Shown here: one piece after another, positions 48,463 to 58,402 of the stretch
How the letters are laid out: every line of letters begins with the position of its first letter
How positions within the stretch are numbered: the stretch's first letter is position 1
Source: Candidatus Latescibacterota bacterium
Lineage (GTDB): Bacteria; Latescibacterota; UBA2968; UBA8231
Length of the DNA stretch: 64,000 nucleotides
Direction of reading: 5' to 3'
Assembly (NCBI GenBank): GCA_965206595.1
Contig: OZ242214.1
Span: 480,001-544,000, forward strand
Made by a program: the position numbers and the translations under genes
The notes under the pieces: model-generated
What the model was told of the DNA's origin: nothing
The model's database searches: none
What the model saw: the letters and a program-made list of their open reading frames with translations, nothing else

Positions 48463-49665
48463 GTGACGGGGATCGCCGAGCTCGACACACTGACCGTACA
48501 CGGAGACACCCCGGTCGGCTGGTGCGGCCGGACGCTTCCGAACGAGTTCGTCGACGAGGACGGCCGCCGCCTGGCTCGGGAGGAGCGGCGCCCCGGGCAT
48601 TCCGACCCGCGCTCTCCCGCCCGCCGGATCCATGACGACCCGGAGGTGGCGGCGCTGCGGGACCACCTTCGCCGGCACAACGGCATGCGCGGTCTCGAGA
48701 TTTGCGAGCCCTCCGAAGTCGAGCGCGCCGTCCGCATCTTCCGCCGCGACGGTTTCGTCGTCGTTCGCGACCTCCTCGACGCCGACGCACTGAGCCGCTG
48801 GCGCGAAGGCTGTGCACGCGTGCTCCGCCAGATCCTCGAGGTCCCCGGCAGCGACGGCCGCAAGTACGTCAACGAGAGCGGCCGCCTGCCCCACCGCTAC
48901 AGCTATGGCTCCTCTTCCGCTTCGCGCCAGCTGCTGCACGATCCGGTGTGGGCTTCGATGGTCGACCTGCCGGCGACGGCCCCCATACTGACCGAAATCT
49001 TCGGATCGGCGGAATACTTCTGTGTCGGCTCAGGGGGGGACCTGTGCCTTCCGGGAGCCATCGAGTACCAGCACCTCCACGCCGACGGCAGAGAGTCGCA
49101 CGAGATGCCGCCTTCCCGCCTCAGGCAGGCCGAGTCGCTGGGGGTCGAGCTGTCCCGCGACGGCACCACGGGCGACCTCGACGAACAGACCCGGCGCAAG
49201 GTAATCGAGCTGACTCCGCAGCTGGTGATTATCAACTTCCTGATGACGGACATGACCTGGGAGAACGGGCCCGTCAGGCAGATTCCGGCGACCCAGTCAT
49301 CCGTTTTCGATCCGCCTTCTCAGGAAGAGGAACCGGAGTGGATGCGCCTCTCGACGCTGGTCGGGGCCCCTGCCGGGGCCGGCGTGTTCCGCGATCATCG
49401 GGCCTGGCACGGCGGCACCCCCAACCTGAGCCGCCAAGTCCGCGCCATGCCCAATGTCGAATACGCCCCGGCGTGGATCGGCGAGCTCAGGGAGTTCCGG
49501 AAGACGATGCCCCATGAAATCTGGGAGACTCTGTCCCCTCACGGGCAGCGCATCTGCCGCCGCCTGAAGGCCGACCCGGGAGTGTGGCCTGCCGGCGCCG
49601 GGGTCATGCATCCCCTGGCGGGCAGGCGGCTGGAGGCCAAGGAAAAGGTGACGGAGCGGCCATGA
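48463..49665 (+). CDS. Phytanoyl-CoA dioxygenase (PhyH) family protein
   Basis: FRRDGFVVV, QHLHAD, ENGP, AWHGGTPN. Confidence 0.85.
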   Translation: MTGIAELDTLTVHGDTPVGWCGRTLPNEFVDEDGRRLAREERRPGHSDPRSPARRIHDDPEVAALRDHLRRHNGMRGLEICEPSEVERAVRIFRRDGFVVVRDLLDADALSRWREGCARVLRQILEVPGSDGRKYVNESGRLPHRYSYGSSSASRQLLHDPVWASMVDLPATAPILTEIFGSAEYFCVGSGGDLCLPGAIEYQHLHADGRESHEMPPSRLRQAESLGVELSRDGTTGDLDEQTRRKVIELTPQLVIINFLMTDMTWENGPVRQIPATQSSVFDPPSQEEEPEWMRLSTLVGAPAGAGVFRDHRAWHGGTPNLSRQVRAMPNVEYAPAWIGELREFRKTMPHEIWETLSPHGQRICRRLKADPGVWPAGAGVMHPLAGRRLEAKEKVTERP

Positions 49666-49882
49666 ACAGCCGGAGATGGGGAAGCCGGACAGGAGGCCCG
49701 CCCCGTCGGAAGGAGCCGGAGTCGAGAGCCGGCTCGCGAGACGCGCCGGGGCGGTGCGCGGGGCGGGGGAAGCGGCACCCATGGTGCTCTCCGGCGTAAC
49801 TTGCGCGGGTGTGGCGCCTGATGGCCGCGCCACTTAGAATCAGGGTAGAACTCGACGCCTCTATTCTACCCTGGAAGCGGAA

Positions 49883-50140
49883 ATGAGCCTGAACATCAAG
49901 AACGACGAGACCTGCCGGCTGGCCGGCGAGCTCGCCCGACTGACCGGAGAGACCAAGACCCGGGCGATCACCGTGGCGTTGCGGGAACGTCTCGAACGGG
50001 AGAGGCGCGAACGCAGCGCCGAGACCCGTGCAAGGGAGTTGCGGGCAATCGCCGAGCGCTGTGCTCGGCTGCTGGGCCCGGGCCCCTCCGCGGTTGAGCA
50101 CGGCGATCTACTCTACGACGAGGGCGGATTACCCAAGTGA
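49883..50140 (+). CDS. vapB: VapB antitoxin (Rv0623-like)
   Basis: MSLNIKNDET...TGETKTRAITVAL...LLYDEGGLP. Confidence 0.9.
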   Translation: MSLNIKNDETCRLAGELARLTGETKTRAITVALRERLERERRERSAETRARELRAIAERCARLLGPGPSAVEHGDLLYDEGGLPK

Positions 50141-50523
50141 TCGTCGACAGCTCGGCTGTGCTGGCCGTTCTACTCCGCGAGGCCGATGCGGAGCGCTACG
50201 AGAAGGCGATCGCCGCAGCACCGAACTGCCGCATGTCGGTTGCCAATCTACTGGAGGTATTCATCGTCGTGGAGAGCCGGGGCGGCGCCGCGGCGGGTCA
50301 CGAGTGCGACGCCTTCATGGACAAGGCGGAGATCGATCTGGCACCAGTCATGCCCGAACATGCCCAGGAGGCGAGACGCGCCTGGCGGCGCTTCGGGAAA
50401 GGCAACCATCCGGCGGCTCTCAACTTCGGCGACTGCTTCGCCTACGCCCTGGCGCGCACAACCGGGGAGCCGCTCCTGTTCAAGGGCGAGGACTTCGCAC
50501 GCACCGATATCGAGGCGGCGTAA
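50137..50523 (+). CDS. vapC: VapC PIN toxin
   Basis: MIVDSSA, LNFGDCFAYA, LLFKGEDF. Confidence 0.93.
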   Translation: MIVDSSAVLAVLLREADAERYEKAIAAAPNCRMSVANLLEVFIVVESRGGAAAGHECDAFMDKAEIDLAPVMPEHAQEARRAWRRFGKGNHPAALNFGDCFAYALARTTGEPLLFKGEDFARTDIEAA

Positions 50524-50525
50524 TC

Positions 50526-53500
50526 ATGACGGAAGCACAGATGAACCTCGATTTCCCGGGAAGGCCGAGCGCGCGCGCCATCCTCGACCGCATCCGCGAG
50601 GACAGCCGCGACGAGGCCGAGAAGGGGCGCTGGTTCGAACAGTTGTTCATGCGGGTTGCGCTGCAGGAGCCGGAGTTCGAGATCGAGGGAATCTGGCGCT
50701 GGCCCGACTGGCCCGAGCGCGAGGCCCTGACCGGACTCGACGGGCGCGACATCGGGATCGATCTCGTGGCGCGGCGAACCTCCGGCGAGTGGGTCGCCAT
50801 CCAGTGCAAGTGCTACGACGACCGGCATGTTCTCGGCAAGGGCGGGATCGACAAGTTTCTCGGCGGCTCCCAACAGCCGGTCTTCCGCCTGCGTTGGATC
50901 GTGGCGACATGCCGATGGGGGCCGAATGCGGAGCGCGCGATCCAGAACGCCCATCCCCAGATCACGCAGGTCGACTTTCGGCAGTATCTGAACGTCCAGG
51001 TCGAGGAGGAGGACGCCAGGCGCCCGGTGCAGGAGCCCTGGCCTCTTCAGTCAGAGGCGATCGAAGACGCCGTCACCGGACTTGCCAACCACGACCGGGG
51101 CCGGCTCATCATGGCCTGCGGGACGGGCAAGACCTTCACCGCCCTTCGCATCGCCGAGGAGATCGTCGAAGACGGACAGCGGATTCTCTTCGCCGCCCCG
51201 ACCATTGCGCTGGTCTCTCAGGCGCGGCGCGAATGGCTCCGGCAGACGACGCGCAGGCTTGAATGCATGGTCGTGTGCTCCGATCCCACCGCAGGCGGAC
51301 GCAACGAGAACGAGGATATCCGGATCTCCGAGCTGGAATGCCCGGTGACGACGGACCCGGCCGAGATCGCCGGGTCGCTCGACGGCGAAGGGGCAACCCG
51401 CGTGGTCTTCTGCACCTACCACTCGCTGGGACGGGTGACCGAGGCTCAGGCCCTTCATGGTGCGCCGGTCTTCGATCTGGCCATCGCCGACGAGGCTCAT
51501 AGAACGACCGGAGCGATTCTCGGGGAGCGCCGGTCAGCCGGGGCCCGCAAGGTCGACTTCCAGGAGTTCCATGACGACGCGCGGCTGCAGGCCCGCAAGC
51601 GCCTCTACATGACGGCCACGCCGCGCCTCTACACCGAACGGTCCAGGAGCAAGCTGGCCAAACGGGGAGTCGAAGTCGTCGATATGGGCGACTATGACGT
51701 GTACGGGCCGGAACTCCACCGGCTTCCGTTCGCCAAGGCCGTGGACCACAAGATGCTCTCCGATTACCGGGTGATCGTACTCGGGGTGAGCGAGGGCAGC
51801 GTCACCGAGGGCCTGCGCCGGCGCCTCGAAGAGCTCGACACGTCGACCAAGCGCAGTCAGGCGCCGACGACCAACGACATGACGCGTGTGCTCGGCGTCT
51901 CCCTGGCCGTGAACGGCGTCACCGAAGGCAAGGGTCTGGAGCAGCCCGCCCAGCTGCCGCGCACGATGGCCTTCGCCAACAGCATCGCGCGCTCGAAGTG
52001 GTATGCCGAAGCGCTCATGGAGAGCCAGGTTCTTCGGGCGACCACCCGGCGGATGCAGACCGGCCGGGCGATGAAAGTGGCGGCCCGGCACCTCGATGCG
52101 TCGGCCAGCGCCCTTCGGCGCAATCAGGAACTGCGGGCGCTGGCCGATGCCGACAGGGACGAAGAGTGCCGGGTGGTCTGCAACGTCAAGCTCTTCACCG
52201 AGGGCGTGGATGTGCCGTCCCTCGACGCCGTTGCCTTCCTGGACCCCCGCGACAGTCAGGTCGATGTGGTCCAGGCCGTCGGGCGCGTGATGAGGAAGGC
52301 CCCGGGCAAGCGCTTCGGCTACATCATCATCCCCGTCGTCGTCGAACCGGGCCGCGATGTGGCGGCGGCGCTCGAGCGAGGCACCGAGGGCTACGGGACG
52401 GTGGGCCGCGTGCTGCGCGCCCTCCAGGCCCATGACGGACGCCTCGCCGAGTCGCCCGCCAACTTCATCAAGGTCTACGAGGAGAAGAAGGACAAGGCGC
52501 CGGGAGACCCGAGCGGCGGCGGTGTCGTGCGCGAAACCGGGGACGACTACCTCCAGCGCGAACTGGAATTGAAGAAAGCCGAGCAGGGGATCTACGCGCA
52601 TGTCGCCGCGGCCTCGGGGCTCGGGAGGCCCGGTCAGATCGTCGCCGACGAGATCGCCGAAGCGGTGCGGCGCGCCAGCGCCGTACTCCAGGAAGAAGCG
52701 ATGGAGGGTCCGCTCGCCGAAGCCCTCGACCTCGTGCCGGAAGACGACGGCGGCTCGAAGGGCATCTGCACGGTCGCCGCGCTCATGCTCTGCAACGCCT
52801 GCCTGCTGCAGCGCCGCCTGCGCGACGAGCCGGAGATGAAGACCATCGTCAGGCTCGACAAGGTCGCAGGCGCGAGACACCCGAGAGAGGTTCTCGAAGT
52901 CGCCTGGGAGTCGATTCTCGAAAAGGACTACGCGCCGGTCTTCCGGCCCGGCCTCGCGGTGCTCGGGGCACTGCGCGAAGGCAAGGCGATCGACGACGCC
53001 ATCCGCATGGTCGCCGAGTGCGCCAACCGCGTCGCCGACTCCCTGAGCGATCTCGGCTACGACCACGCGGGACCGCTTTACCACCGGATCCTCGGCTCAG
53101 CCAAGAGTGACGGAGCTTTCTACACCAACAACCTGTCGGCCGTCATGCTGGCGCGGCTCGCCTTCACGCGGGACTTGCTCGACTGGTCCGACCCGGAGAC
53201 GGTGGCGGCGCTCCGCATCATCGATCCCGCCTGCGGAACCGGGACGCTGCTCATGGCCACGCTTCAGACCCTCAAAGCCCGGGTCGCCGAGACTCGGGAG
53301 CTGAGCGGCGAGGACGAAAATACCCTGCACAAGCGGCTCGTCGAAGATGGGCTCTGCGGCCTGGACATCAACCAGCACGGCGTCCAGCTGGCTGCCTGCA
53401 ACATGACACTCGGCGCGCCGACCGTCGATTACGCGCGCATGAACCTTCTGACCATGCCCCACGGCCCGCAGGCCGACGGCACGTTCAGGGCCGGCTCTCT

Positions 53501-54941
53501 CGAACTGCTGAATGCCGAGGCCGAGCGCTTCGACCTGTTCGAAGCGGCGCGGCCCAGGCGGGCCTTCGAGGACTTCGAAGCCGAACAGGTCGACGAGAGC
53601 GAGGTGATCCGCTTCCCGCTGCGCGGCGTCGATGCCGTGATCATGAACGCCCCGTTCACGGACAACAGGAAGCGAGGCCGAAAGTTCTCCGCCGAAGCCA
53701 TCAAGGCCATGCAGCGACACGAACTCGACATCCGGGACAGGCTTCTGGCGCGGGATTCAACAGCGGGCGGGGTCATTACGACCAATAGCATCAGCACGTT
53801 CTTCACGCCGCTTGCGGATCAGCTTCTGAGTTCCCGGCAAGGCATTCTGGCCAAGGTGATTCCCGCCACCGCCTGCACTGGCGCATCCGGCATTGACGAA
53901 CGCCGCTTTCTCGCCGAGCGATTCCACATCGAGCGTATCGTCACTACCCATGATCCGAAACGGATCAACTTCTCGGAGAACACCAGCATCCACGAATGCC
54001 TGCTTGTTTGTCGGCGTTACCCGCAAGGAGCGCGACCGGCGACGGAGTTCGTATCGCTCCGAGTCATGCCGGACGACGCCGAAGAGGCGATTGCGGCGGC
54101 AGATGCCATCGCCTCCGGTGCGCCAGGAGGCTGGGGCAGCGTCCAGCGTTGGCCGGCGGACCTCGTCAGCGCCGGGGACTGGACCCCGGCGCAGTGGTAT
54201 GACGGCGCGCTCGCGCAAGCCGCATGGGAGCTGGAGCGCAATACGCTGCTGGAGCCAGCGGGTTTGCGGTATGAAATCCGCCCCGCGGGCCAGCGTATCC
54301 AAGACGCATACGAAGTTTCCGACGGAGAAGAGCCCGGAGCGCTCCCGGGGTTTCATTCAGTCGCGGGTAGTCTACGCCGCACACTGCTCAGTCAGCCTGA
54401 CGTATGGTATCGGCCCAAGGCAGCCAAGCGCGGCTTGGCAGATCGATACAAGGCGCAACGAAGCCATCTTCTGGTTCCGATGCGCTTCGACACGGTCAGC
54501 GGGCGACTGACGGGCTTGTGGACGGAACAGCCATCGTTCGGATGGTGGGTGCCGATCGCGGTGCAGGACGAGCACACTGCGAAAGCGCTGGCCGCCTGGT
54601 GGAACTCTACACCCGTACGGCTGATGCTGCTCAATCGCCGGGCGCAGAAGTTGACGTATCCCACCTGGCAGCTCGCGCACCTTCGGGAAATCCGAATTCC
54701 GAAGCCGGACAGCCCGGCCTGGACCTCACTGCGCGATGCCTTCGATCAGGTCTGCGACACGGAACTGCTCCCCATGAGGCAGGCCGAGGAATGCGAAGTC
54801 CGCAAGACCATTGACAGGGCTGCCGCAACTGTGCTCGGCGTCGACGCTGATATCCTGGCGGACTGGCGGCGACGCTTGGCCTCAGAGCCCACGATCACCA
54901 ATACGCGAGCCGAGGGACCCGGGGGCAACACGGCGTCATGA
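50526..54941 (+). CDS. Type ISP-like restriction-modification fusion (Mrr nuclease + SF2 helicase + methyltransferase)
   Basis: GIDLVA..IQCK, GTGKT, DEAH, TATP, EGVDVP, QAVGRVMRK, GAFYT, DPACGTG, NAPF. Confidence 0.9.
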   Translation: MTEAQMNLDFPGRPSARAILDRIREDSRDEAEKGRWFEQLFMRVALQEPEFEIEGIWRWPDWPEREALTGLDGRDIGIDLVARRTSGEWVAIQCKCYDDRHVLGKGGIDKFLGGSQQPVFRLRWIVATCRWGPNAERAIQNAHPQITQVDFRQYLNVQVEEEDARRPVQEPWPLQSEAIEDAVTGLANHDRGRLIMACGTGKTFTALRIAEEIVEDGQRILFAAPTIALVSQARREWLRQTTRRLECMVVCSDPTAGGRNENEDIRISELECPVTTDPAEIAGSLDGEGATRVVFCTYHSLGRVTEAQALHGAPVFDLAIADEAHRTTGAILGERRSAGARKVDFQEFHDDARLQARKRLYMTATPRLYTERSRSKLAKRGVEVVDMGDYDVYGPELHRLPFAKAVDHKMLSDYRVIVLGVSEGSVTEGLRRRLEELDTSTKRSQAPTTNDMTRVLGVSLAVNGVTEGKGLEQPAQLPRTMAFANSIARSKWYAEALMESQVLRATTRRMQTGRAMKVAARHLDASASALRRNQELRALADADRDEECRVVCNVKLFTEGVDVPSLDAVAFLDPRDSQVDVVQAVGRVMRKAPGKRFGYIIIPVVVEPGRDVAAALERGTEGYGTVGRVLRALQAHDGRLAESPANFIKVYEEKKDKAPGDPSGGGVVRETGDDYLQRELELKKAEQGIYAHVAAASGLGRPGQIVADEIAEAVRRASAVLQEEAMEGPLAEALDLVPEDDGGSKGICTVAALMLCNACLLQRRLRDEPEMKTIVRLDKVAGARHPREVLEVAWESILEKDYAPVFRPGLAVLGALREGKAIDDAIRMVAECANRVADSLSDLGYDHAGPLYHRILGSAKSDGAFYTNNLSAVMLARLAFTRDLLDWSDPETVAALRIIDPACGTGTLLMATLQTLKARVAETRELSGEDENTLHKRLVEDGLCGLDINQHGVQLAACNMTLGAPTVDYARMNLLTMPHGPQADGTFRAGSLELLNAEAERFDLFEAARPRRAFEDFEAEQVDESEVIRFPLRGVDAVIMNAPFTDNRKRGRKFSAEAIKAMQRHELDIRDRLLARDSTAGGVITTNSISTFFTPLADQLLSSRQGILAKVIPATACTGASGIDERRFLAERFHIERIVTTHDPKRINFSENTSIHECLLVCRRYPQGARPATEFVSLRVMPDDAEEAIAAADAIASGAPGGWGSVQRWPADLVSAGDWTPAQWYDGALAQAAWELERNTLLEPAGLRYEIRPAGQRIQDAYEVSDGEEPGALPGFHSVAGSLRRTLLSQPDVWYRPKAAKRGLADRYKAQRSHLLVPMRFDTVSGRLTGLWTEQPSFGWWVPIAVQDEHTAKALAAWWNSTPVRLMLLNRRAQKLTYPTWQLAHLREIRIPKPDSPAWTSLRDAFDQVCDTELLPMRQAEECEVRKTIDRAAATVLGVDADILADWRRRLASEPTITNTRAEGPGGNTAS

Positions 54942-55050
54942 ATGCAAAGCCACTCCCTCCAACGAACCCGACGCGGGTGCGCAGGAGGCTTGAGCATGTC
55001 TGTGGAGTGCTCTCTGTCCTGTACTCTTGGATCATGGAGGAGTCAATGTC

Positions 55051-56091
55051 ATGTTGAAACGCTTGCAGATACGGAATTTCCGCGGCTTCAACGCGCTTGA
55101 AATCGATCCGTTGAGCAGCATCAACCTCATCGCCGGAGAGAATAATTCCGGCAAGACCAGCTTGCTCGAGGCACTCTTTCTCTTGGCTGGTGCCGGAAAC
55201 GCGCAATTGGCCGTAAATGCCAATGTTATTCGGGGAAAAGAACCAGGTGCTCCAGTGCAAGATCCCTTCTGGAAACAACTTTTCTACAATCTGGACATGG
55301 GGCGTCATATTGACATTACAGGATATCATGAATCGCGTGGTGAATTGTCCTTGAAGATCACCTCGGAGCGACAGTCCACCACCGAGATCTCCCTTGAGCG
55401 TACGGACGGCGTTTCGGCGACGAATCTCTTCGACGAACGTTCACTCGTTTTCCAGTACAGCGACCCTTTCAATGAGGAAATTGAGAGTCACATACGCATC
55501 AAGGGACAGGACCTTGAGGTCAATCAATCTGCCACAAAGATTCTCTTGCCTACTGCAATTCTCTTGTCTCGAACCAGGAATCCCCAGGAAGATGCCACGA
55601 AGCTGGGACAGTTGAGAAGACAGAAACAGGGCGATTTGCTCTTGAGAGCACTACAGGCCATCGAGCCGAAGCTACAGAGCATCGAAGACAATTCCTCCAG
55701 CGGCGCTCCCATGATCTGGGGGGATATCGGGTTGCCCGAACTGGTGCCGCTGCCAGCAATGGGTGAAGGCATGACTCAGATTGCCCGGCTCGTGTTGGCC
55801 ATAGCTTCCATGCCGGATGGTGTCGTTCTCGTCGATGAGATTGAAAACGGCATTCACCACTCGGCACTGCCCGATGTCTGGCGGGCCATTGACGAAGCAG
55901 CCAGGCAGTTTCACACGCAGATATTCGCCACCACGCATAGTTTTGAATGTATAGAGGCGGCGCATCTCGCTCTCGGCCCTGACGGCTTTCTTCTACACCG
56001 GCTCGAAGTCAGCGACGCGGAAAATCGTTGCGTCACCTTCAAGCCAAATGGAATCAGTGCCGCCATCCGACACAATCTCGAGGTGCGCTAG
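55051..56091 (+). CDS. AAA_15/AAA_21 ATPase
   Basis: NFRGF, GENNSGKT, MGEGM, VDEIENGIH, TTHS; RBS GGAGG. Confidence 0.9.
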   Translation: MLKRLQIRNFRGFNALEIDPLSSINLIAGENNSGKTSLLEALFLLAGAGNAQLAVNANVIRGKEPGAPVQDPFWKQLFYNLDMGRHIDITGYHESRGELSLKITSERQSTTEISLERTDGVSATNLFDERSLVFQYSDPFNEEIESHIRIKGQDLEVNQSATKILLPTAILLSRTRNPQEDATKLGQLRRQKQGDLLLRALQAIEPKLQSIEDNSSSGAPMIWGDIGLPELVPLPAMGEGMTQIARLVLAIASMPDGVVLVDEIENGIHHSALPDVWRAIDEAARQFHTQIFATTHSFECIEAAHLALGPDGFLLHRLEVSDAENRCVTFKPNGISAAIRHNLEVR

Positions 56092-56093
56092 AT

Positions 56094-56735
56094 ATGCCGA
56101 AGCCAGCAGAAATCGAATTGGCAGTCCAGCTTCTTGTCGAGGGCAATGATCAGCGCAATTTCTTTGAGGCATTTACCAGTCACCTCTCGATCGCCAATGT
56201 CCAGGTTCAGAACTTTGGCGGGGTCAACCAACTGAGCGATTTCCTGGAGGGATTCGTAGGCGCGACTGGATTTCGTGAAACCGTCCGCAGGCTCGGCATC
56301 GTTCGGGATGCAGAAACGTCCGCCGGAGGGGCCTTCCAAAGCGTTCAGTCAGCGCTGAGCAATGCCGCACTGCCCGTGCCAGACAGCCCTGTAGAATGCA
56401 CCGGGGGCAGCCCGGCGGTGGCAGTGCTGATACTACCCGGCGACAATCGCCAGGGGATGCTTGAAACGCTACTGTGTGAGAGCATTGCGGTTACGCCGGT
56501 GGAGGGCTGCATCGATGACTTTTTCAACTGTGTCGAAGCTCTGCCGGACGTGTCTGTCGGAAGATCCGACAAAGCCCGTGCCCATGCCTATCTGACCACA
56601 AAGCCCAATCCTCATTTTTCCGTAGGCGTGGCCGCAAAGAATGACTACTGGGATCTGAATCACAGCGTCTTCAGCACGGTCCGTGATTTTCTGCGGATGA
56701 TAGCTGCAATCGATGTGCCGCCGGTAGCAAACTGA
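56094..56735 (+). CDS. DUF3226-like TOPRIM-fold protein
   Basis: LLVEGND, GIVRDAE, ILPG...GMLETL, DKARAHAYL. Confidence 0.75.
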   Translation: MPKPAEIELAVQLLVEGNDQRNFFEAFTSHLSIANVQVQNFGGVNQLSDFLEGFVGATGFRETVRRLGIVRDAETSAGGAFQSVQSALSNAALPVPDSPVECTGGSPAVAVLILPGDNRQGMLETLLCESIAVTPVEGCIDDFFNCVEALPDVSVGRSDKARAHAYLTTKPNPHFSVGVAAKNDYWDLNHSVFSTVRDFLRMIAAIDVPPVAN

Positions 56736-56749
56736 CGGGAAGGTGTGAC

Positions 56750-58309
56750 ATGACCACGCACGACATGGGGAAGCACCTGTTCGTCGACGACGAGGAGATC
56801 CACCAGACCTTCGGCACCTGGCGCGTCCTCAACCAGCCGACCAAGCTGCCCGGACCCCTGATCACCAGCGGCGAGCCCGGCCGCGGCGTCGCCGCCTGGG
56901 GCAACGCCATCCGCGAGGAGGACGGCCGCCTGCGCCTGTGGTACCTGTCCTACCTGACCAAGGGTCACGACATGGGCCGCGCCGGCGTCTGGGGCCGCGG
57001 CAGGGAGTACGGCTTCTTCCCGCAGGGCATGCCGGGGGAGTGCCCGATCACCCACCACTCCCTCGGGATGTACGCCGAGTCGACGGACGGCCTCACCTGG
57101 GAGAAGCCGAACCTCGGCCTCTACGAGCACCGCGGCTCCCGGGACAACAACATCTTCCTGACCGGGGAGGCGGCGTCGCGGCAGTTCGATGGCTGCGTCA
57201 CCAACTGGGACGGCCACACCATCGTCCGCGACGAGGCCGAGGAGGACCCGGAGCGGCGCTACAAGATGGTCGCCCACTGGGAGACCTCCCACGTCTGGGA
57301 CAACCGCGTGCACCTGCTCGACCGCCCAGAGGAGGACATGGAGCGGTTCTGGGCGCACCGGGCCAAGTACATCACCTGCAGCCCGGACGGGATCCACTGG
57401 AACCAGCCGCTGGAGCGCTTCAAGGGGTGCGAGGGGGGCGACCGCATAATCCTCATGCGCGACTACCGCAATCGGCGCTGGATGCTCTTCGACCGGCCGC
57501 TGACCGAGCCGATCCCCGGGATCGGGTACACCCGCTTCCTCGGGCTGAGCTACAGCGACGACCTCGTCGAGTTCACTAGCCCGAACGAGGTGGTGCTGAC
57601 CCCGGACGAGCTCGACGGCCACGGCGAGCTGATGCAGTTCGAGAGCTTCATCCCCTTCAACTACGGCAACCAGGACCTCGCCTTCCTGTTCGCCAGCAGC
57701 CTGCGCACCGGCGGTTTGTCGAGCACGTACCTGCTGTCCCACCGGGACAGCGGCCCCTGGAAACGGGTCTTCCGCGACCAGCCGTTCCTTCCGGTCGGCG
57801 CCCCGGGGGCCCACGACCGCTGCAGCGTCGTGCCGCTCCACAACGAGCCGATCGTCGTCGGCGACCGCATGTACATCTACTACGACTGCTCGCGCACCGA
57901 GGAGCAGCATCCCGACGGGGTGCGCTGCATCGCCGGCGCCCACCTGCGGCTCGACGGGTTCGTCGGCATGGCGAGCCGCAACCTCAGGGGACGCGGCCCG
58001 GACGGCTCGGATGCATCCGCCTGGATCATCACCCGGCCGGTGCGCGTCGAGGGCCCCGAGCTGACGGTCAATCTCGAGGTCGTCGAGGAGTGGGCGGAGC
58101 GGGAGTGCGTCGTCGAGCTGCGCCGGCCCGACTGGACGCCGATCGACGGCTACCGGTACGAGGACTGTTTCTCAGTCATGGAGAACTCGGTCGCCGCGCC
58201 GGTGCGCTGGAAGCACCGCGACAACGTCGCCGGGTTGGTTGGGGAGCAGGTGGTCGTATGCATCCGCTACAGTCACGCCGTCCTCTACAGCTACCGCTTC
58301 GGCGACTGA
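56750..58309 (+). CDS. Five-bladed propeller glycosidase-like protein
   Basis: HLFVDD, YAESTDGLTWEKP, SPDGIHW, LRLDGFV. Confidence 0.75.
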   Translation: MTTHDMGKHLFVDDEEIHQTFGTWRVLNQPTKLPGPLITSGEPGRGVAAWGNAIREEDGRLRLWYLSYLTKGHDMGRAGVWGRGREYGFFPQGMPGECPITHHSLGMYAESTDGLTWEKPNLGLYEHRGSRDNNIFLTGEAASRQFDGCVTNWDGHTIVRDEAEEDPERRYKMVAHWETSHVWDNRVHLLDRPEEDMERFWAHRAKYITCSPDGIHWNQPLERFKGCEGGDRIILMRDYRNRRWMLFDRPLTEPIPGIGYTRFLGLSYSDDLVEFTSPNEVVLTPDELDGHGELMQFESFIPFNYGNQDLAFLFASSLRTGGLSSTYLLSHRDSGPWKRVFRDQPFLPVGAPGAHDRCSVVPLHNEPIVVGDRMYIYYDCSRTEEQHPDGVRCIAGAHLRLDGFVGMASRNLRGRGPDGSDASAWIITRPVRVEGPELTVNLEVVEEWAERECVVELRRPDWTPIDGYRYEDCFSVMENSVAAPVRWKHRDNVAGLVGEQVVVCIRYSHAVLYSYRFGD

Positions 58310-58402
58310 GGGCCTATCTGCCTGTATCCCGTGTAAATGGATGGCCGGGATTCGGCCGCGGAGGATGCAGCGGCGGCCGAATCCCGGAGTCGCGTGTGCA
58401 GA

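Noticed and set aside
50028-50525. N-terminal extension of the 1637-aa ORF
   Set aside because: Overlaps vapBC in another frame; ATG 50526 is the plausible start
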